DNA of 64,000 nt, taken from contig JAGHAM010000012.1 of NCBI GenBank assembly GCA_021161465.1, positions 180 to 64,179 of the forward strand, in the 5' to 3' direction. The notes under the pieces were generated by a model. It saw nothing but the letters and a program-made list of their open reading frames with translations, was not told where the DNA came from and ran no database searches. The translations under genes and the position numbers were made by a program. Shown here in pieces: positions 44,387 through 54,389 of this stretch. How positions within the stretch are numbered: the stretch's first letter is position 1; every line of letters begins with the position of its first letter. This DNA is from Candidatus Iainarchaeum sp. (GTDB lineage: Archaea; B1Sed10-29; WALL01; JAGHAM01).

Positions 44387-45455
44387 ACTACCTCTCCATT
44401 ATGGTGAGTGTCCTCCTTGGTTATTTAAAAGAATGCGAGCTTTGACGGGAGCTATCTCAAGGGCTATAATAGAAGATTATGGAGTGACTGAGTTGCTGAA
44501 GAGGTTATCTGATCCTTTATTCTTTCAGTCTCTTGGATGTCTCGTTGGGTTTGATTATCATTCAAGTGGTCTTACTACTACACTTACAGGAGCACTTAAA
44601 GAGAGTCTTGTTCCGGAAATTGATGGAATTGCGGTTGTTGGTGGGAAAGGCAAAAAGTCTCATGAGATCCTACAAGAGATTGATTCTATCGCTGACATTT
44701 TCTCACTTTCTTCAAATGAGATAGCCCACCTGAAGTACTCAAGTAGGATGGCAGCAAAGGTAGATTCTAGTCTTGTGCAGGATGACTATACACTTTATCA
44801 CCGTTGTTTTGTTTTTGATGAAGGGGGTAATTGGGTAGTTATCCAACAAGGTATGAATCCTCAAGAAAAAAGTGCCCGTAGATATCACTGGCTTTCCACA
44901 TCATTATACTCATTTGTGGAGGAGCCCCACATGGCTATCTGTAGTGATAAAACCAATAAAACCTTAGATTTGACTGCCAAAGAAAGTGAGCAAACGAGGA
45001 GTGTGAGCGTAGACCTAGTTAAGGATAACCCAGTCCATCTCTCTGGCCAGCTTACCCTCTCAGACTTCAGTCCTTCGCGCGTTCCAAGGTACTCTATGCC
45101 ACGCGCTCACGAGGTTAAAATAACGCCAGCTATTATGAAAGCCCTGCAACGTGCTTATGAGATTCAACCATCAAACTATGAAGAGTTGGTGGCCATTAGG
45201 GGAGTAGGCCCTGGCAGTCTGCGCGCCTTGGCTTTGACTGCGGAACTGGTTTATGGAACCAGGCCGAGCTGGAAGGACCCAGTGAAATACAGCTTCGCGC
45301 ATGGGGGCAAAGATGGAACTCCATTTCCAGTTCAAAGGCAGATTTACGACAAAACCATCAGGTTTATGCAAGATGCTGTTGACCAGGCTAAACTTGGAAA
45401 CAGTGAAAAGGAGAGGGCCTTGAAAAGACTCGCGCAGTTAACTCTTACTTGGTGA
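44364..45455 (+). CDS. DUF763-family protein (contains a helix-hairpin-helix-like motif)
   Basis: N-terminus IELPLHYGECPPWLFKRMRALTGAISRAIIEDYG typical of DUF763 as I remember it. C-terminal LVAIRGVGPGSLRALAL HhH-like motif. TTG start after GGTGGTGA. Confidence 0.65.
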   Translation: MKKAGSIELPLHYGECPPWLFKRMRALTGAISRAIIEDYGVTELLKRLSDPLFFQSLGCLVGFDYHSSGLTTTLTGALKESLVPEIDGIAVVGGKGKKSHEILQEIDSIADIFSLSSNEIAHLKYSSRMAAKVDSSLVQDDYTLYHRCFVFDEGGNWVVIQQGMNPQEKSARRYHWLSTSLYSFVEEPHMAICSDKTNKTLDLTAKESEQTRSVSVDLVKDNPVHLSGQLTLSDFSPSRVPRYSMPRAHEVKITPAIMKALQRAYEIQPSNYEELVAIRGVGPGSLRALALTAELVYGTRPSWKDPVKYSFAHGGKDGTPFPVQRQIYDKTIRFMQDAVDQAKLGNSEKERALKRLAQLTLTW

Positions 45456-45516
45456 TAAAACCAAAAGGCATATAAAAGAGATTATTCATGAATTTCCCCT
45501 TGTTTCTGGTGATATC

Positions 45517-48138
45517 ATGGTAACTAAGGATATTTATCTGTTCGAAGAGGGCAAAAAGGATATGGGAATGCTCCTTGGGAATAAAGGAGCGCAACTTTGC
45601 GAAATGACTAGAGTAGGTATTCCTGTCCCCCCCGGATTTGTGATAACGACTAAGGTATGCAACGAGTATGCAAAGACAGGGAAATTACCAAAAAGAGTTA
45701 AAGACAATGTGCTGAAACATGTGAAGAAAATTGAGAGAAAGACTGGAAAGAAATTTGGCGATGCACGCAATCCTCTCCTATTTTCTGTTCGTTCAGGCGC
45801 GCCCATCTCAATGCCTGGTATGATGGATACTATCCTAAATCTTGGACTAAACGATAAGACAGTCCTTGGCCTTGCCAAACAAACTAACAATGAGTGGTTT
45901 GCTTATGACTCTTACAGGAGATTCCTTCAGATGTTTGGTAACATCGTCCTAGACATATCCAAAGAGAGTTTTGAGGACGCAATCAACAAGCAAAAGAAGA
46001 AAGAGGGAGTCCACCTCGATCAGGAGATATCCCTTGATGGTATGAAAGAACTGGTTAAGAAGTTCAAGAAGATAGCAGATGTTCCGCAAGACCCAAGCAA
46101 ACAGCTTTTCATGGCGATAGGCGCTGTTTTCAGCTCATGGAACAGCGACAGGGCTAAAAGCTACCGAGAGTTCAACAGGCTACCAAACGACTTGGGTACA
46201 GGCGTTAACGTCCAAACTATGGTATTTGGGAACCTGGGCAACGATTCTGGAACTGGTGTAGTGTTCACCAGAAACCCGGCAACCGGCGAGAAAAAGCTTT
46301 ATGGAGAGTTCCTGCTTAATGCACAGGGTGAGGATATAGTGGCTGGAACTAGAACACCAAAGCCAGTCAACACTCTGAAGAAAGTCCTACCTAAGGCTTA
46401 CAAAAAGCTCGTTCAGACTACAAAGAGGCTTGAAAAGCACTATAAGGATGTTCAGGACATAGAATTCACGATTGAGAAGGGAAAACTTTACATATTACAA
46501 ACAAGGACTGCGAAGAGGACAGCTTCTGCAGCAGTAAAAATTGCAGTTGACATGGTTAAAGAAGGCGTGATAAGCAAGAAGATGGCTATCATGAGGATAG
46601 ACCCATCCACCATAGAGAAGCTTCTCCACAGGCAGATTTCAGATGAGGTTAGCTATAATGTAATTGCAACTGGTCTGCCAGCATCACCTGGAGCAGCTAC
46701 CGGAAAGTTATCCTTTGATGCAGATGATGCTGAAAAGCGCGCAGATGCAGGCGAGAAGGTAATCCTAGTTAGGAGCGAAACATCCCCGGATGATGTTCAT
46801 GGGATAGTCCGTTCACAGGGAGTTTTGACGCTTCGTGGTGGCGTAACTTCTCATGCTGCTGTTGTCAGCAGAGGGCTTGGGATACCTTGTGTGTCCGGTT
46901 GCAATGAGCTTGATATTGACTACAAGAACAAGCTGCTTATTGGAAAAGGAATTAAGCTTGGAGAGGAGGATACGCTTACCATAGATGGAACTACCGGTAG
47001 AGTTATACCTGGTGGAGTCCCTCTGGTTGACCCAAAGATTTCTAAGGAATTCGCGCAATTGCTTAAGTGGGCAGATAGCTTCAAAAAACTTAAAGTCATG
47101 GCTAATGCGGATACGCCTAAAGACGCTAAAAAAGCTGTTGAGTTCGGTGCAGAAGGCATTGGGCTTTGCAGGACAGAGCATATGTTTATGAGCCAGAACA
47201 GGTTGCCTATCGTGCAGGAAATGATATTGTCGAAGAGCAAAGAGGAGCGCGAGAGGGCTCTTGCAAGGCTCCTGCCAGAGCAGCGTAAGGACTTCACAGA
47301 ACTGTTCAAGATAATGAAGGGAAGAAAAATCACGATAAGACTCCTTGATCCGCCTCTTCACGAGTTCCTTCCAGATGTTGATGAGATACAGGAGGATATA
47401 CGGTCCATTAAGAAGTCAGGCAACAAGAAGGCTCTGGCGGAGAAGGAGGAGCTGTTGAAGAAGACAATCCACCTGCATGAGGTAAATCCAATGCTTGGCC
47501 ACAGGGGAATAAGGCTTGGCCTGGTTTATCCGGAGATATATAATATGCAGGTAAGGGCAATAATGGAAGCGGCGTGCAATGTAAAGAAGAGAGGGACCAG
47601 AGTCTCCGTTGTAATTGAGCTGCCGCTGGTTGCAGAGGAGCGCGAGCTTGCGACAATGAAGGATGAGATAGACAAGACAGCTATGGAAGTTCAGAAAAAG
47701 AAAGGAGTTAAAATACCTTACCATATCGGGACTATGATTGAGCTTCCACGCGCATGTCTGATTGCAGATAAAATATCGAAATATGTGGACTTCATATCCT
47801 TCGGTACAAACGACCTGACACAGACTACCTTTGGCTTCTCGAGGGATGATGCAGAGGATAAGTTCCTGCACTATTACTTTACAAACAAGATACTTGAGGA
47901 GGACCCGTTTGTCGTTCTGGATGAGGTTGGTGTTGGGGAGCTTATGAAGATGGCTGTTAAAAGAGCTCATGCCCAGAAGCCGGGGATTGAGATGATAATC
48001 TGTGGAGAGCATGGCGGCGAGCCAAAGTCAGTGCACTTTTGCCATCACATCAATTTAGATGGCGTTAGCTGCTCACCTTATAGAGTACCAATAGCTCGTC
48101 TTGCAGCTGCCCAGGCTGCAATAGGAAGGAAGAAATAA
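45517..48138 (+). CDS. ppdK: pyruvate, phosphate dikinase
   Basis: 873 aa. LGNKGAQLCEMTRVGIPVPPGFVIT start. Phosphohistidine loop GGVTSHAAVVSRGLGIPCV. PEP-utiliser C-terminal block FISFGTNDLTQ. Confidence 0.95.
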   Translation: MVTKDIYLFEEGKKDMGMLLGNKGAQLCEMTRVGIPVPPGFVITTKVCNEYAKTGKLPKRVKDNVLKHVKKIERKTGKKFGDARNPLLFSVRSGAPISMPGMMDTILNLGLNDKTVLGLAKQTNNEWFAYDSYRRFLQMFGNIVLDISKESFEDAINKQKKKEGVHLDQEISLDGMKELVKKFKKIADVPQDPSKQLFMAIGAVFSSWNSDRAKSYREFNRLPNDLGTGVNVQTMVFGNLGNDSGTGVVFTRNPATGEKKLYGEFLLNAQGEDIVAGTRTPKPVNTLKKVLPKAYKKLVQTTKRLEKHYKDVQDIEFTIEKGKLYILQTRTAKRTASAAVKIAVDMVKEGVISKKMAIMRIDPSTIEKLLHRQISDEVSYNVIATGLPASPGAATGKLSFDADDAEKRADAGEKVILVRSETSPDDVHGIVRSQGVLTLRGGVTSHAAVVSRGLGIPCVSGCNELDIDYKNKLLIGKGIKLGEEDTLTIDGTTGRVIPGGVPLVDPKISKEFAQLLKWADSFKKLKVMANADTPKDAKKAVEFGAEGIGLCRTEHMFMSQNRLPIVQEMILSKSKEERERALARLLPEQRKDFTELFKIMKGRKITIRLLDPPLHEFLPDVDEIQEDIRSIKKSGNKKALAEKEELLKKTIHLHEVNPMLGHRGIRLGLVYPEIYNMQVRAIMEAACNVKKRGTRVSVVIELPLVAEERELATMKDEIDKTAMEVQKKKGVKIPYHIGTMIELPRACLIADKISKYVDFISFGTNDLTQTTFGFSRDDAEDKFLHYYFTNKILEEDPFVVLDEVGVGELMKMAVKRAHAQKPGIEMIICGEHGGEPKSVHFCHHINLDGVSCSPYRVPIARLAAAQAAIGRKK

Positions 48139-48165
48139 ATACACAGTGGCCTATAGTTAACTGAG

Positions 48166-49068
48166 GTGTTTTGTTTGAAAGTTAGCGTTGAGCATGGAAC
48201 TACTCGCCTCAAGAGAGGCTTTGCATCCATGGTGAAGCATGGTGTGGTTATGGATGTGGTTAATGCAAAACAGGCACGCATCGCTGAGAAATCAGGGGCA
48301 GTGGCCGTTATGGCTTTAGAGAGGGTGCCGGCTGATATCCGGGCTGCTGGCGGAGTGGCTCGTATGGCAGACCCTAAGAAAATTAAAGAGATAATGAAGG
48401 TTGTTACCATACCTGTCATGGCAAAGTGCAGGATTGGCCACTTTGCAGAGGCGCAGGTGCTGGAGTTCCTTGGGGTTGACATGATTGATGAGAGTGAGGT
48501 GCTTACACCTGCTGATGTTGGCGGGCACATTGATAAGAGCAAGTTTAAAACACCCTTCGTTTGTGGAGCAAGGAATCTTGGAGAAGCCCTAAGGAGAATA
48601 AATGAGGGTGCAGCCATGATAAGGACCAAGGGCGAACCTGGAACCGGGGATGTAGCTGAAGCTGTAAGGCATATGAAGCTTATGAACAAGCAGATAGAAG
48701 CCTTGAGGAAGATGACCATCGAGGAACTGGCTGACAAGGCAAACGAGTATGGAGTACCTTTGAAGCTCGTTGAAGAAACTCGCAATTTGGGAAGATTGCC
48801 TGTGGTGAACTTTGCTGCTGGCGGAATAGCAACTCCTGCAGATGCTAGCTTGATGATGCAGATGGGTGCGGATGGCATCTTCGTTGGTTCTGGCATATTC
48901 AAGTCTTCGAATCCTCTAAAACGCGCGAAGGCCATAGTTGAGGCTACAACATATTATGATAAGCCTGAAGTTGTTGCGAAGGTATCCGAGGGGTTGGGAG
49001 AGGCTATGAAAGGTATTGAAGCAAAGGCCCTGCCAGTTGAAAAGCGCATGCAGGAAAGAGGCATTTAG
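48166..49068 (+). CDS. pdxS: pyridoxal 5'-phosphate synthase lyase subunit PdxS
   Basis: [34 protein letters not shown], and so on. Exact start uncertain (GTG 48166 or TTG 48175). Confidence 0.95.
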   Translation: MFCLKVSVEHGTTRLKRGFASMVKHGVVMDVVNAKQARIAEKSGAVAVMALERVPADIRAAGGVARMADPKKIKEIMKVVTIPVMAKCRIGHFAEAQVLEFLGVDMIDESEVLTPADVGGHIDKSKFKTPFVCGARNLGEALRRINEGAAMIRTKGEPGTGDVAEAVRHMKLMNKQIEALRKMTIEELADKANEYGVPLKLVEETRNLGRLPVVNFAAGGIATPADASLMMQMGADGIFVGSGIFKSSNPLKRAKAIVEATTYYDKPEVVAKVSEGLGEAMKGIEAKALPVEKRMQERGI

Positions 49069-49076
49069 GCGTTTTC

Positions 49077-49664
49077 ATGAGAATAGGTGTTTTAGGAGTC
49101 CAGGGTGCTATTGAGGAGCATGTGAGCGTGCTTTCCCGGCTTGTCGGAGCGGAAAACGTTCTGGTAGTTAGGGATAGGAATGAGTTGGAGAAAGTGGGTG
49201 CTTTGATAATTCCTGGTGGGGAAAGCACAACTATCTCACGACTTCTGGTGAAAAACAAGCTCTTTGCACGAGTGAAAGCACTTGGAAGAGAGGGGTTCCC
49301 TATACTCGGCACCTGTGCAGGGCTTATATCCCTGGCCAAGCAGGGCGATGAGCAGGTTGGGAGAACCGGCCAGAAGCTGCTTGGCCTTCTTGATGTGAAG
49401 GTAAAGCGCAATGCCTTTGGCAGGCAGAAGGACTCATTTGAGGCACCTATCAATATCTCTGTACTGGGGGAAAAGCCCTTCACCGGGGTTTTCATTCGCG
49501 CCCCTATGGTTGAGCGCGTTCTGGATAAAGGCAAGGTTAAAATACTCGCGAAATTCAACAACAAAACCATTGCAGTGCAGCAGGGCAACATCCTGGCAAC
49601 TGCCTTCCACCCAGAGCTTTCAGGCGACGCGCGATTCCACAACTATTTTCTTTCAATGGTTTGA
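49077..49664 (+). CDS. pdxT: pyridoxal 5'-phosphate synthase glutaminase subunit PdxT
   Basis: RIGVLGVQGAIEEH, GGESTT, GTCAG, FHPEL motifs. Confidence 0.9.
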   Translation: MRIGVLGVQGAIEEHVSVLSRLVGAENVLVVRDRNELEKVGALIIPGGESTTISRLLVKNKLFARVKALGREGFPILGTCAGLISLAKQGDEQVGRTGQKLLGLLDVKVKRNAFGRQKDSFEAPINISVLGEKPFTGVFIRAPMVERVLDKGKVKILAKFNNKTIAVQQGNILATAFHPELSGDARFHNYFLSMV

Positions 49665-49741
49665 TAAGAGCTCCATGTGCTCAGAAGTGTTTGACAGGAA
49701 TATTTATATTCCTTCAGTTGGTTAGAATGTTGGTGAGTGCC

Positions 49742-50152
49742 ATGTTTGGCCTTGGCAAGGGAAAACTTGAAATAAGGATACCAAAAAAGGATTATCTTAG
49801 AGGAGAATCTATAGAAGGAACCATTGTGTTACACCTAAATCAACCTGTCCAAGCCAGAGAGTTGCGTGTAGTCCTTAGTGCTATTAAGAATACTGGAAGC
49901 GGTCGCAACAGTTCATTTGTGACCGTGTATGAACGAAAACTTGTGCTTGATGGTGAACATGTGTATAGGGGAGGGGATTACCGATTTAAGTTTGATATCC
50001 CAGAAGGCGTTCCGGTTAGCAGTAAACCTAAGCTTCAAATCGGGCCTGTGAAAGTATTCCCTGGTTCTAGAGGGATATGGCTTCTAAATGCATCGCTGGA
50101 TATACCTAACAGTTTTGATGTTTCGAAAAACATCAGAATAAACATAAGTTAA
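49742..50152 (+). CDS. hypothetical protein, Spo0M/arrestin-N-like
   Basis: The pattern GKLEIRIPKKDYLRGESIEGTIVLHLNQPVQARELRVVL resembles Spo0M-type beta-sandwich proteins. ATG 49742 lies about 35 nt downstream of AATATTTATATT. Confidence 0.4.
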   Translation: MFGLGKGKLEIRIPKKDYLRGESIEGTIVLHLNQPVQARELRVVLSAIKNTGSGRNSSFVTVYERKLVLDGEHVYRGGDYRFKFDIPEGVPVSSKPKLQIGPVKVFPGSRGIWLLNASLDIPNSFDVSKNIRINIS

Positions 50153-50309
50153 CCCCTTTATTGCTGGCGCGACTATTGCCTTGAAGACCTGCTGGCACCA
50201 AACCAAACCCTTTTAAACACGAATTTCCTCTTTATTAGAGCTTTGTGATTGTCGGATGTTGCAGTGGTTATCGGCGGTTGCTGGCTATTATACGCTTGTT
50301 GGTGTTTTT

Positions 50310-51596
50310 ATGAAAATACAGTTTCTTGGGGCCGCGCGTGAAGTTGGCAGAAGCGCGGTGCTGGTGGATACGGGAGAAAGCAAAGTTTTGCTCGACTATG
50401 GGCTTAAAATAAGCAGTGAGGATGTTGTAGCCCCACTCAGGCCATTGCCAGTACATGGCTACCTAGATGCAGTTATCCTATCACACGCCCACTTGGACCA
50501 CTGTGGTGCAATACCTTACCTTTTCAAGGCAGCAGAGCCTGATGTCTTCACCCACCCAGCTACAGTGCCTATCATGGAGATGTTAATAAAAGATTCCGTA
50601 AACATAGCCAGGAGCCGGAAGCAGGATAGCTACCAGCTCTCAAGCCTTAAGAGAGTGCTAAGGAAAGTGAAACCATCTGATTATGGCCATGAATACGAAG
50701 TGACAAGTGATATCTCATTTGAGTTCCAGGATGCAGGGCACATACTTGGGGCATCCATGACCAAAATGCACGTAGGGGACTATAAAGTTGTCTACACAGG
50801 AGATTTCAAGGATGAGGACACGCGCCTGCATAAGGGAGCCAAGCCACCAGGCAAGGCAGACGTGATAATAGTGGAGGCTACCTATGGGAACAAGGAGCAT
50901 CCAGATAGGAAAGAGCTTGAGAATGAGTTCATTGAGGATGTTAAAGCAGTGGTTGACTCTGGTGGTTCGGTGCTGCTACCGTGTTTCGCTGTTGGGCGGG
51001 CACAGGAGATAGTCCAGCTGCTTTATGCAAACAAGTTGCATGTTCCTGTTTATATGGATGGCATGGCAAGGGCTATATCTGAGATTTACCTGGAGCACCC
51101 TGAGCTTATTCGGGATTACAATGAATTTTACAATGCCATGAGATGGGTTAACTGGATTACAAACCCAAGGCAAAGGCAAGAGGTCTTCAATGAGCCATCT
51201 ATCATAGTTACCACAGCAGGGATGCTTTCAGGAGGGCCAGCCATGGAATATCTACCAGAGCTAAAGACCTTGAAGAATTCTGCTTTGTTTTTCACAGGAT
51301 TCCAGGTCCCTGGGACGCCAGGCAGGCAGATGCTTGAGGAGAAAAAAATGAACCTTGGTGGAATTTTAACTAATTTCTCCAATGTGAACATAAAATACTT
51401 CGACTTCAGCGCGCATTGTGACAGCAAGGGCATACATAAGTTCATAAAGGCAGCAGACCCAAAGCTGGTTTTGGTTAATCATGGCGAGGAGGAGCAATGC
51501 AACTCAGTTGTTGAGTGGGTCAAGGATGAAATTGGATGCTATGCTTTTGCACCAGAGCTCAGGGACAAGTTTGAGCTAAAAGATTTTGTTGGGTGA
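50310..51596 (+). CDS. beta-CASP metallo-beta-lactamase-fold ribonuclease (aCPSF2-like, no KH domains)
   Basis: MKIQFLGAAREVGRS start, HAHLDHCGAIPYL motif, beta-CASP region, terminal H motif VNHGE. Confidence 0.8.
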   Translation: MKIQFLGAAREVGRSAVLVDTGESKVLLDYGLKISSEDVVAPLRPLPVHGYLDAVILSHAHLDHCGAIPYLFKAAEPDVFTHPATVPIMEMLIKDSVNIARSRKQDSYQLSSLKRVLRKVKPSDYGHEYEVTSDISFEFQDAGHILGASMTKMHVGDYKVVYTGDFKDEDTRLHKGAKPPGKADVIIVEATYGNKEHPDRKELENEFIEDVKAVVDSGGSVLLPCFAVGRAQEIVQLLYANKLHVPVYMDGMARAISEIYLEHPELIRDYNEFYNAMRWVNWITNPRQRQEVFNEPSIIVTTAGMLSGGPAMEYLPELKTLKNSALFFTGFQVPGTPGRQMLEEKKMNLGGILTNFSNVNIKYFDFSAHCDSKGIHKFIKAADPKLVLVNHGEEEQCNSVVEWVKDEIGCYAFAPELRDKFELKDFVG

Positions 51597-52309
51597 TTTG
51601 GTTGGTGAGTAAATTCTGCCCAAAATGCGGTGCTACGGATAAGCCGTTCTTTAAGGGTTTTTGTGTTGACTGCTACATGAAGGACCACAAGCTCATAAAG
51701 ATACCTGAGGAGATTACAGTTGATGAGTGCCCATCATGCCTTAGGTTGCGGCTCAGGGGTGAGTGGGTTACCCCAACCCCTAGCAACCTGGCCAGATTCA
51801 TAAAGGGCAAGGTTAAGGTGAAAGAGCTTGAGGACTATAGTATCTCTGTTAGGGAAACAAGAGTTCAGGGCCACAGGTCTATAATTGGGGTTAAGATTGA
51901 GGGGAAGCTTGGTGGGACACCCGTTGAGATATTCAAGGAGATAACGTTCATTCGGAATGTCAAGCAGTGTGATATCTGCGCTAAGAAGAAGACGAAATAC
52001 TACAAGGCCTTGATACAGCTGAGGCCAAAGAGTGGGAGCATTTCCCATGACACAATACAAAAGGCGTTCCGCTTGGTGAGGAACAGGAACAGGGCGTACG
52101 CGATTAAGGACAGGGAGGCTGAGATTTTCAGATTCAAGGCAGACAGCCATGGCATAGATGTCTATTTGGGTTCCTCTAAGGCAGCTGGTGATATTGTAAA
52201 TGCCCTCAGGGGTAAGTTTGACGCGCAGGTTAAGAAATCCAGCACCTTGGTTGGGATGGACAGGGATGGCAGGAAGAAATACAGGGTAACTTACTCTGTT
52301 AGGGTTTAG
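51593..52309 (+). CDS. NMD3-family protein
   Basis: Zinc-binding pairs FCPKCG..CVDCY..CPSC..C.IC with NMD3-like spacing. Alternative GTG start at 51605. Confidence 0.65.
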   Translation: MIWLVSKFCPKCGATDKPFFKGFCVDCYMKDHKLIKIPEEITVDECPSCLRLRLRGEWVTPTPSNLARFIKGKVKVKELEDYSISVRETRVQGHRSIIGVKIEGKLGGTPVEIFKEITFIRNVKQCDICAKKKTKYYKALIQLRPKSGSISHDTIQKAFRLVRNRNRAYAIKDREAEIFRFKADSHGIDVYLGSSKAAGDIVNALRGKFDAQVKKSSTLVGMDRDGRKKYRVTYSVRV

Positions 52310-52421
52310 GCATTTACATAGAAAGGCCTACTAGATATTTATGGCAACTCAGCGTTTGCCTAGTCAAAGTTTAAGCATTCACATAGAAAAGCTTAAATAA
52401 GCCGTGCACTTTTTATAAATT

Positions 52422-52781
52422 ATGAGAAAAGGGTTTTCAACAGAACTTGGTGCAGTGGTAGCTGGTATACTAGCTTTGATAGCTGTAGTTGCTGTGGTTA
52501 TTCTTCTAACTGGCTATAAGCCTCCAGAGCCTATCTCACAGCAGGTTGGGGAATGTGCCATGCGTGGGATAGATGTTAGCGGCTATGACAGGATGGCAAA
52601 AAACGCATCCGATGCAGCATCCATGATAACAGTTAATTACCGCAGCAATAAAGTTTCGCCTTGTTCAGTTAATGGCAATCTACCTGTAGTGTACGACTCT
52701 TGCTTCCTGGGCGTGAATGGCAGTATAACACTTCAGGTTGATGAAACAAACTGTAATTTGGTGGATGCCACCAAAAGGTAG
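52422..52781 (+). CDS. small secreted protein with a possible type IV pilin-like signal
   Basis: MRKGFSTELGAVVAGILALIAVVAVVILL: a basic residue and Gly followed by a hydrophobic helix, as in prepilin/class III signals. Confidence 0.35.
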   Translation: MRKGFSTELGAVVAGILALIAVVAVVILLTGYKPPEPISQQVGECAMRGIDVSGYDRMAKNASDAASMITVNYRSNKVSPCSVNGNLPVVYDSCFLGVNGSITLQVDETNCNLVDATKR

Positions 52782-52809
52782 CCAGAAGCGGATAAGACTA
52801 GAATATGTT

Positions 52810-53214
52810 TCAGGCCTTTTCAAACTTGTAGCCATAGTTTATAATACCGCTGTCACCATCTTCTGAAATTCTCCTGAATACCATCTTCACAGGCATGCCA
52901 ATGCTAACTTCATCAGGCTTCACACTAATTATCTGCGCGGTCAGCTTTGGCCCCTCATCCAGCTCTACCACAGCGAGCACGTAAGGCACTTCCATCTCAA
53001 AGCCCTCTTGCGGAACCCGAACTACTGTGAATGAGTGGATTTTCCCTGTACCTTTCATCTTTTGCTCGACTATCTCTCCCTTCCTCCTACACTTTGGGCA
53101 GAAATCCCTTGGTGGGAAGAAGTGAGTTCCACAGGTTAAGCATTTGCTACCTATCAGCTGGTACCTCTGGGGATACCTTCTCCATACAAGGCTCAGACTT
53201 TTTCTGTGTGGCAT
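52810..53214 (-). CDS. DUF35 OB-fold/zinc-ribbon protein (scaffold of the thiolase/HMG-CoA synthase complex)
   Basis: Zinc ribbon CLTCGTHFFPPRDFCPKC plus OB-fold. Immediately downstream of thiolase and HMGCS. Confidence 0.85.
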   Translation of the reverse strand: MPHRKSLSLVWRRYPQRYQLIGSKCLTCGTHFFPPRDFCPKCRRKGEIVEQKMKGTGKIHSFTVVRVPQEGFEMEVPYVLAVVELDEGPKLTAQIISVKPDEVSIGMPVKMVFRRISEDGDSGIINYGYKFEKA

Positions 53215-54381
53215 TTAGTTCCCCTCCTTTGAAAATATGTGTACTACGGCTGTCGCCCCTGTTCCACCAACATTATGGGTCAATGCGGTTTCTGCACCAT
53301 CTACCTGTCGCTTTCCTGCTTCGCCGCGCAGCTGCTCCACTGCTTCAATTACTTGCTTTATACCAGTTGCTCCAACTGGATGTCCACAGGCTTTCAGGCC
53401 TCCAGAAGGGTTCACAGAGATGTTGGAGTTGAGGTCAAACATGCCATCCTCCTCAGCCTTGCCCCCTTTCCCCTTTTCCACGAAGCCTAAATCCTCCACG
53501 GCACATATTTCCGCTATGGTAAAGCAATCGTGGACTTCTGCTATGTTGATGTCAGTGGGCTTTACGCCTGCCTGCTTCATGGCTTCACGCCCAGCAATCA
53601 CACTTGACTTGAGAGTTGTTAAACTCTCTCTATCATGCAGGGCGAGTGTATCACTTGCCTGCGCGCTTCCTAAAACCCATATCGGGTCGTCACAATATTT
53701 TCTTGCGATTTTCTCACTTGCTAATACCACAGCTGCTGCGCCATCAGTTATGGGTGAACAGTCCAGCAATTTCAATGGGTCAGCAACTTTCGAGGAGCTC
53801 ATCACCTGCTCCAGTGTTACGTCTCTCCTGTACTGGGCATTTGGGTTTAGCGAGCCATTGTGATGGTTTTTAACAGCTACTCTCGCCATCTGTTCCTCTG
53901 TGGTTCCATACTCATGCATGTGCCTTCTTGCTATAAGTGCATACAGTGCGGGGAAAGTTGCCCCAAAGAAAACTTCCCATTCCTGGTCAGCAGCCCCTCC
54001 TAATGCCAGGGAAGCCTGGGATGTAAAAACATCAGTCATCTTCTCCACTCCACCAGCAACGACTATGTCATAATGGCCTCCAGCAATAGCCATGTAAGCT
54101 TCCCTGAATGCAGTGCCACCCGAAGCGCAGGCGTTCTCAACTCTTGTGCTTGGTATCGGGTTTAAACCCATGGAGTCAGCTATAAGCGCGCCTATGTGCT
54201 CCTGCCCAATCATCCTCCCAGCACTCATAGTTCCACCATAAACGGCTTGGATGTCGTTTCCGCTTATGTTTGCATCCTCAATGGCCTTTTTTCCAGCCTC
54301 AGCCATTAGGTCTCTGAAGCTTTTCTCCCAGTGCTCCCCAAACTTTGTCTGGCCGGCTCCTATAACAGCAACTTTTTGCAT
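53215..54381 (-). CDS. acetyl-CoA C-acetyltransferase (archaeal thiolase)
   Basis: VAVIGAGQTKFGE start, ACASGGTAFREA active-site Cys block, GHPVGATG and HNVGGTG blocks. Confidence 0.9.
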   Translation of the reverse strand: MQKVAVIGAGQTKFGEHWEKSFRDLMAEAGKKAIEDANISGNDIQAVYGGTMSAGRMIGQEHIGALIADSMGLNPIPSTRVENACASGGTAFREAYMAIAGGHYDIVVAGGVEKMTDVFTSQASLALGGAADQEWEVFFGATFPALYALIARRHMHEYGTTEEQMARVAVKNHHNGSLNPNAQYRRDVTLEQVMSSSKVADPLKLLDCSPITDGAAAVVLASEKIARKYCDDPIWVLGSAQASDTLALHDRESLTTLKSSVIAGREAMKQAGVKPTDINIAEVHDCFTIAEICAVEDLGFVEKGKGGKAEEDGMFDLNSNISVNPSGGLKACGHPVGATGIKQVIEAVEQLRGEAGKRQVDGAETALTHNVGGTGATAVVHIFSKEGN

Positions 54382-54389
54382 ATTATCAC

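Noticed and set aside
48078-48935. 285-aa minus-strand ORF opposite pdxS. Similar long antisense ORFs lie at 5695-6429 (ftsZ), 9418-10248 (rpl1), 49004-49642 (pdxT), 53237-53863 (thiolase) and 27001-27576 (rrp4/rrp41).
   Set aside because: Each is fully contained within a strongly supported gene on the other strand and has a composition typical of antisense frames. The sense genes carry diagnostic motifs.
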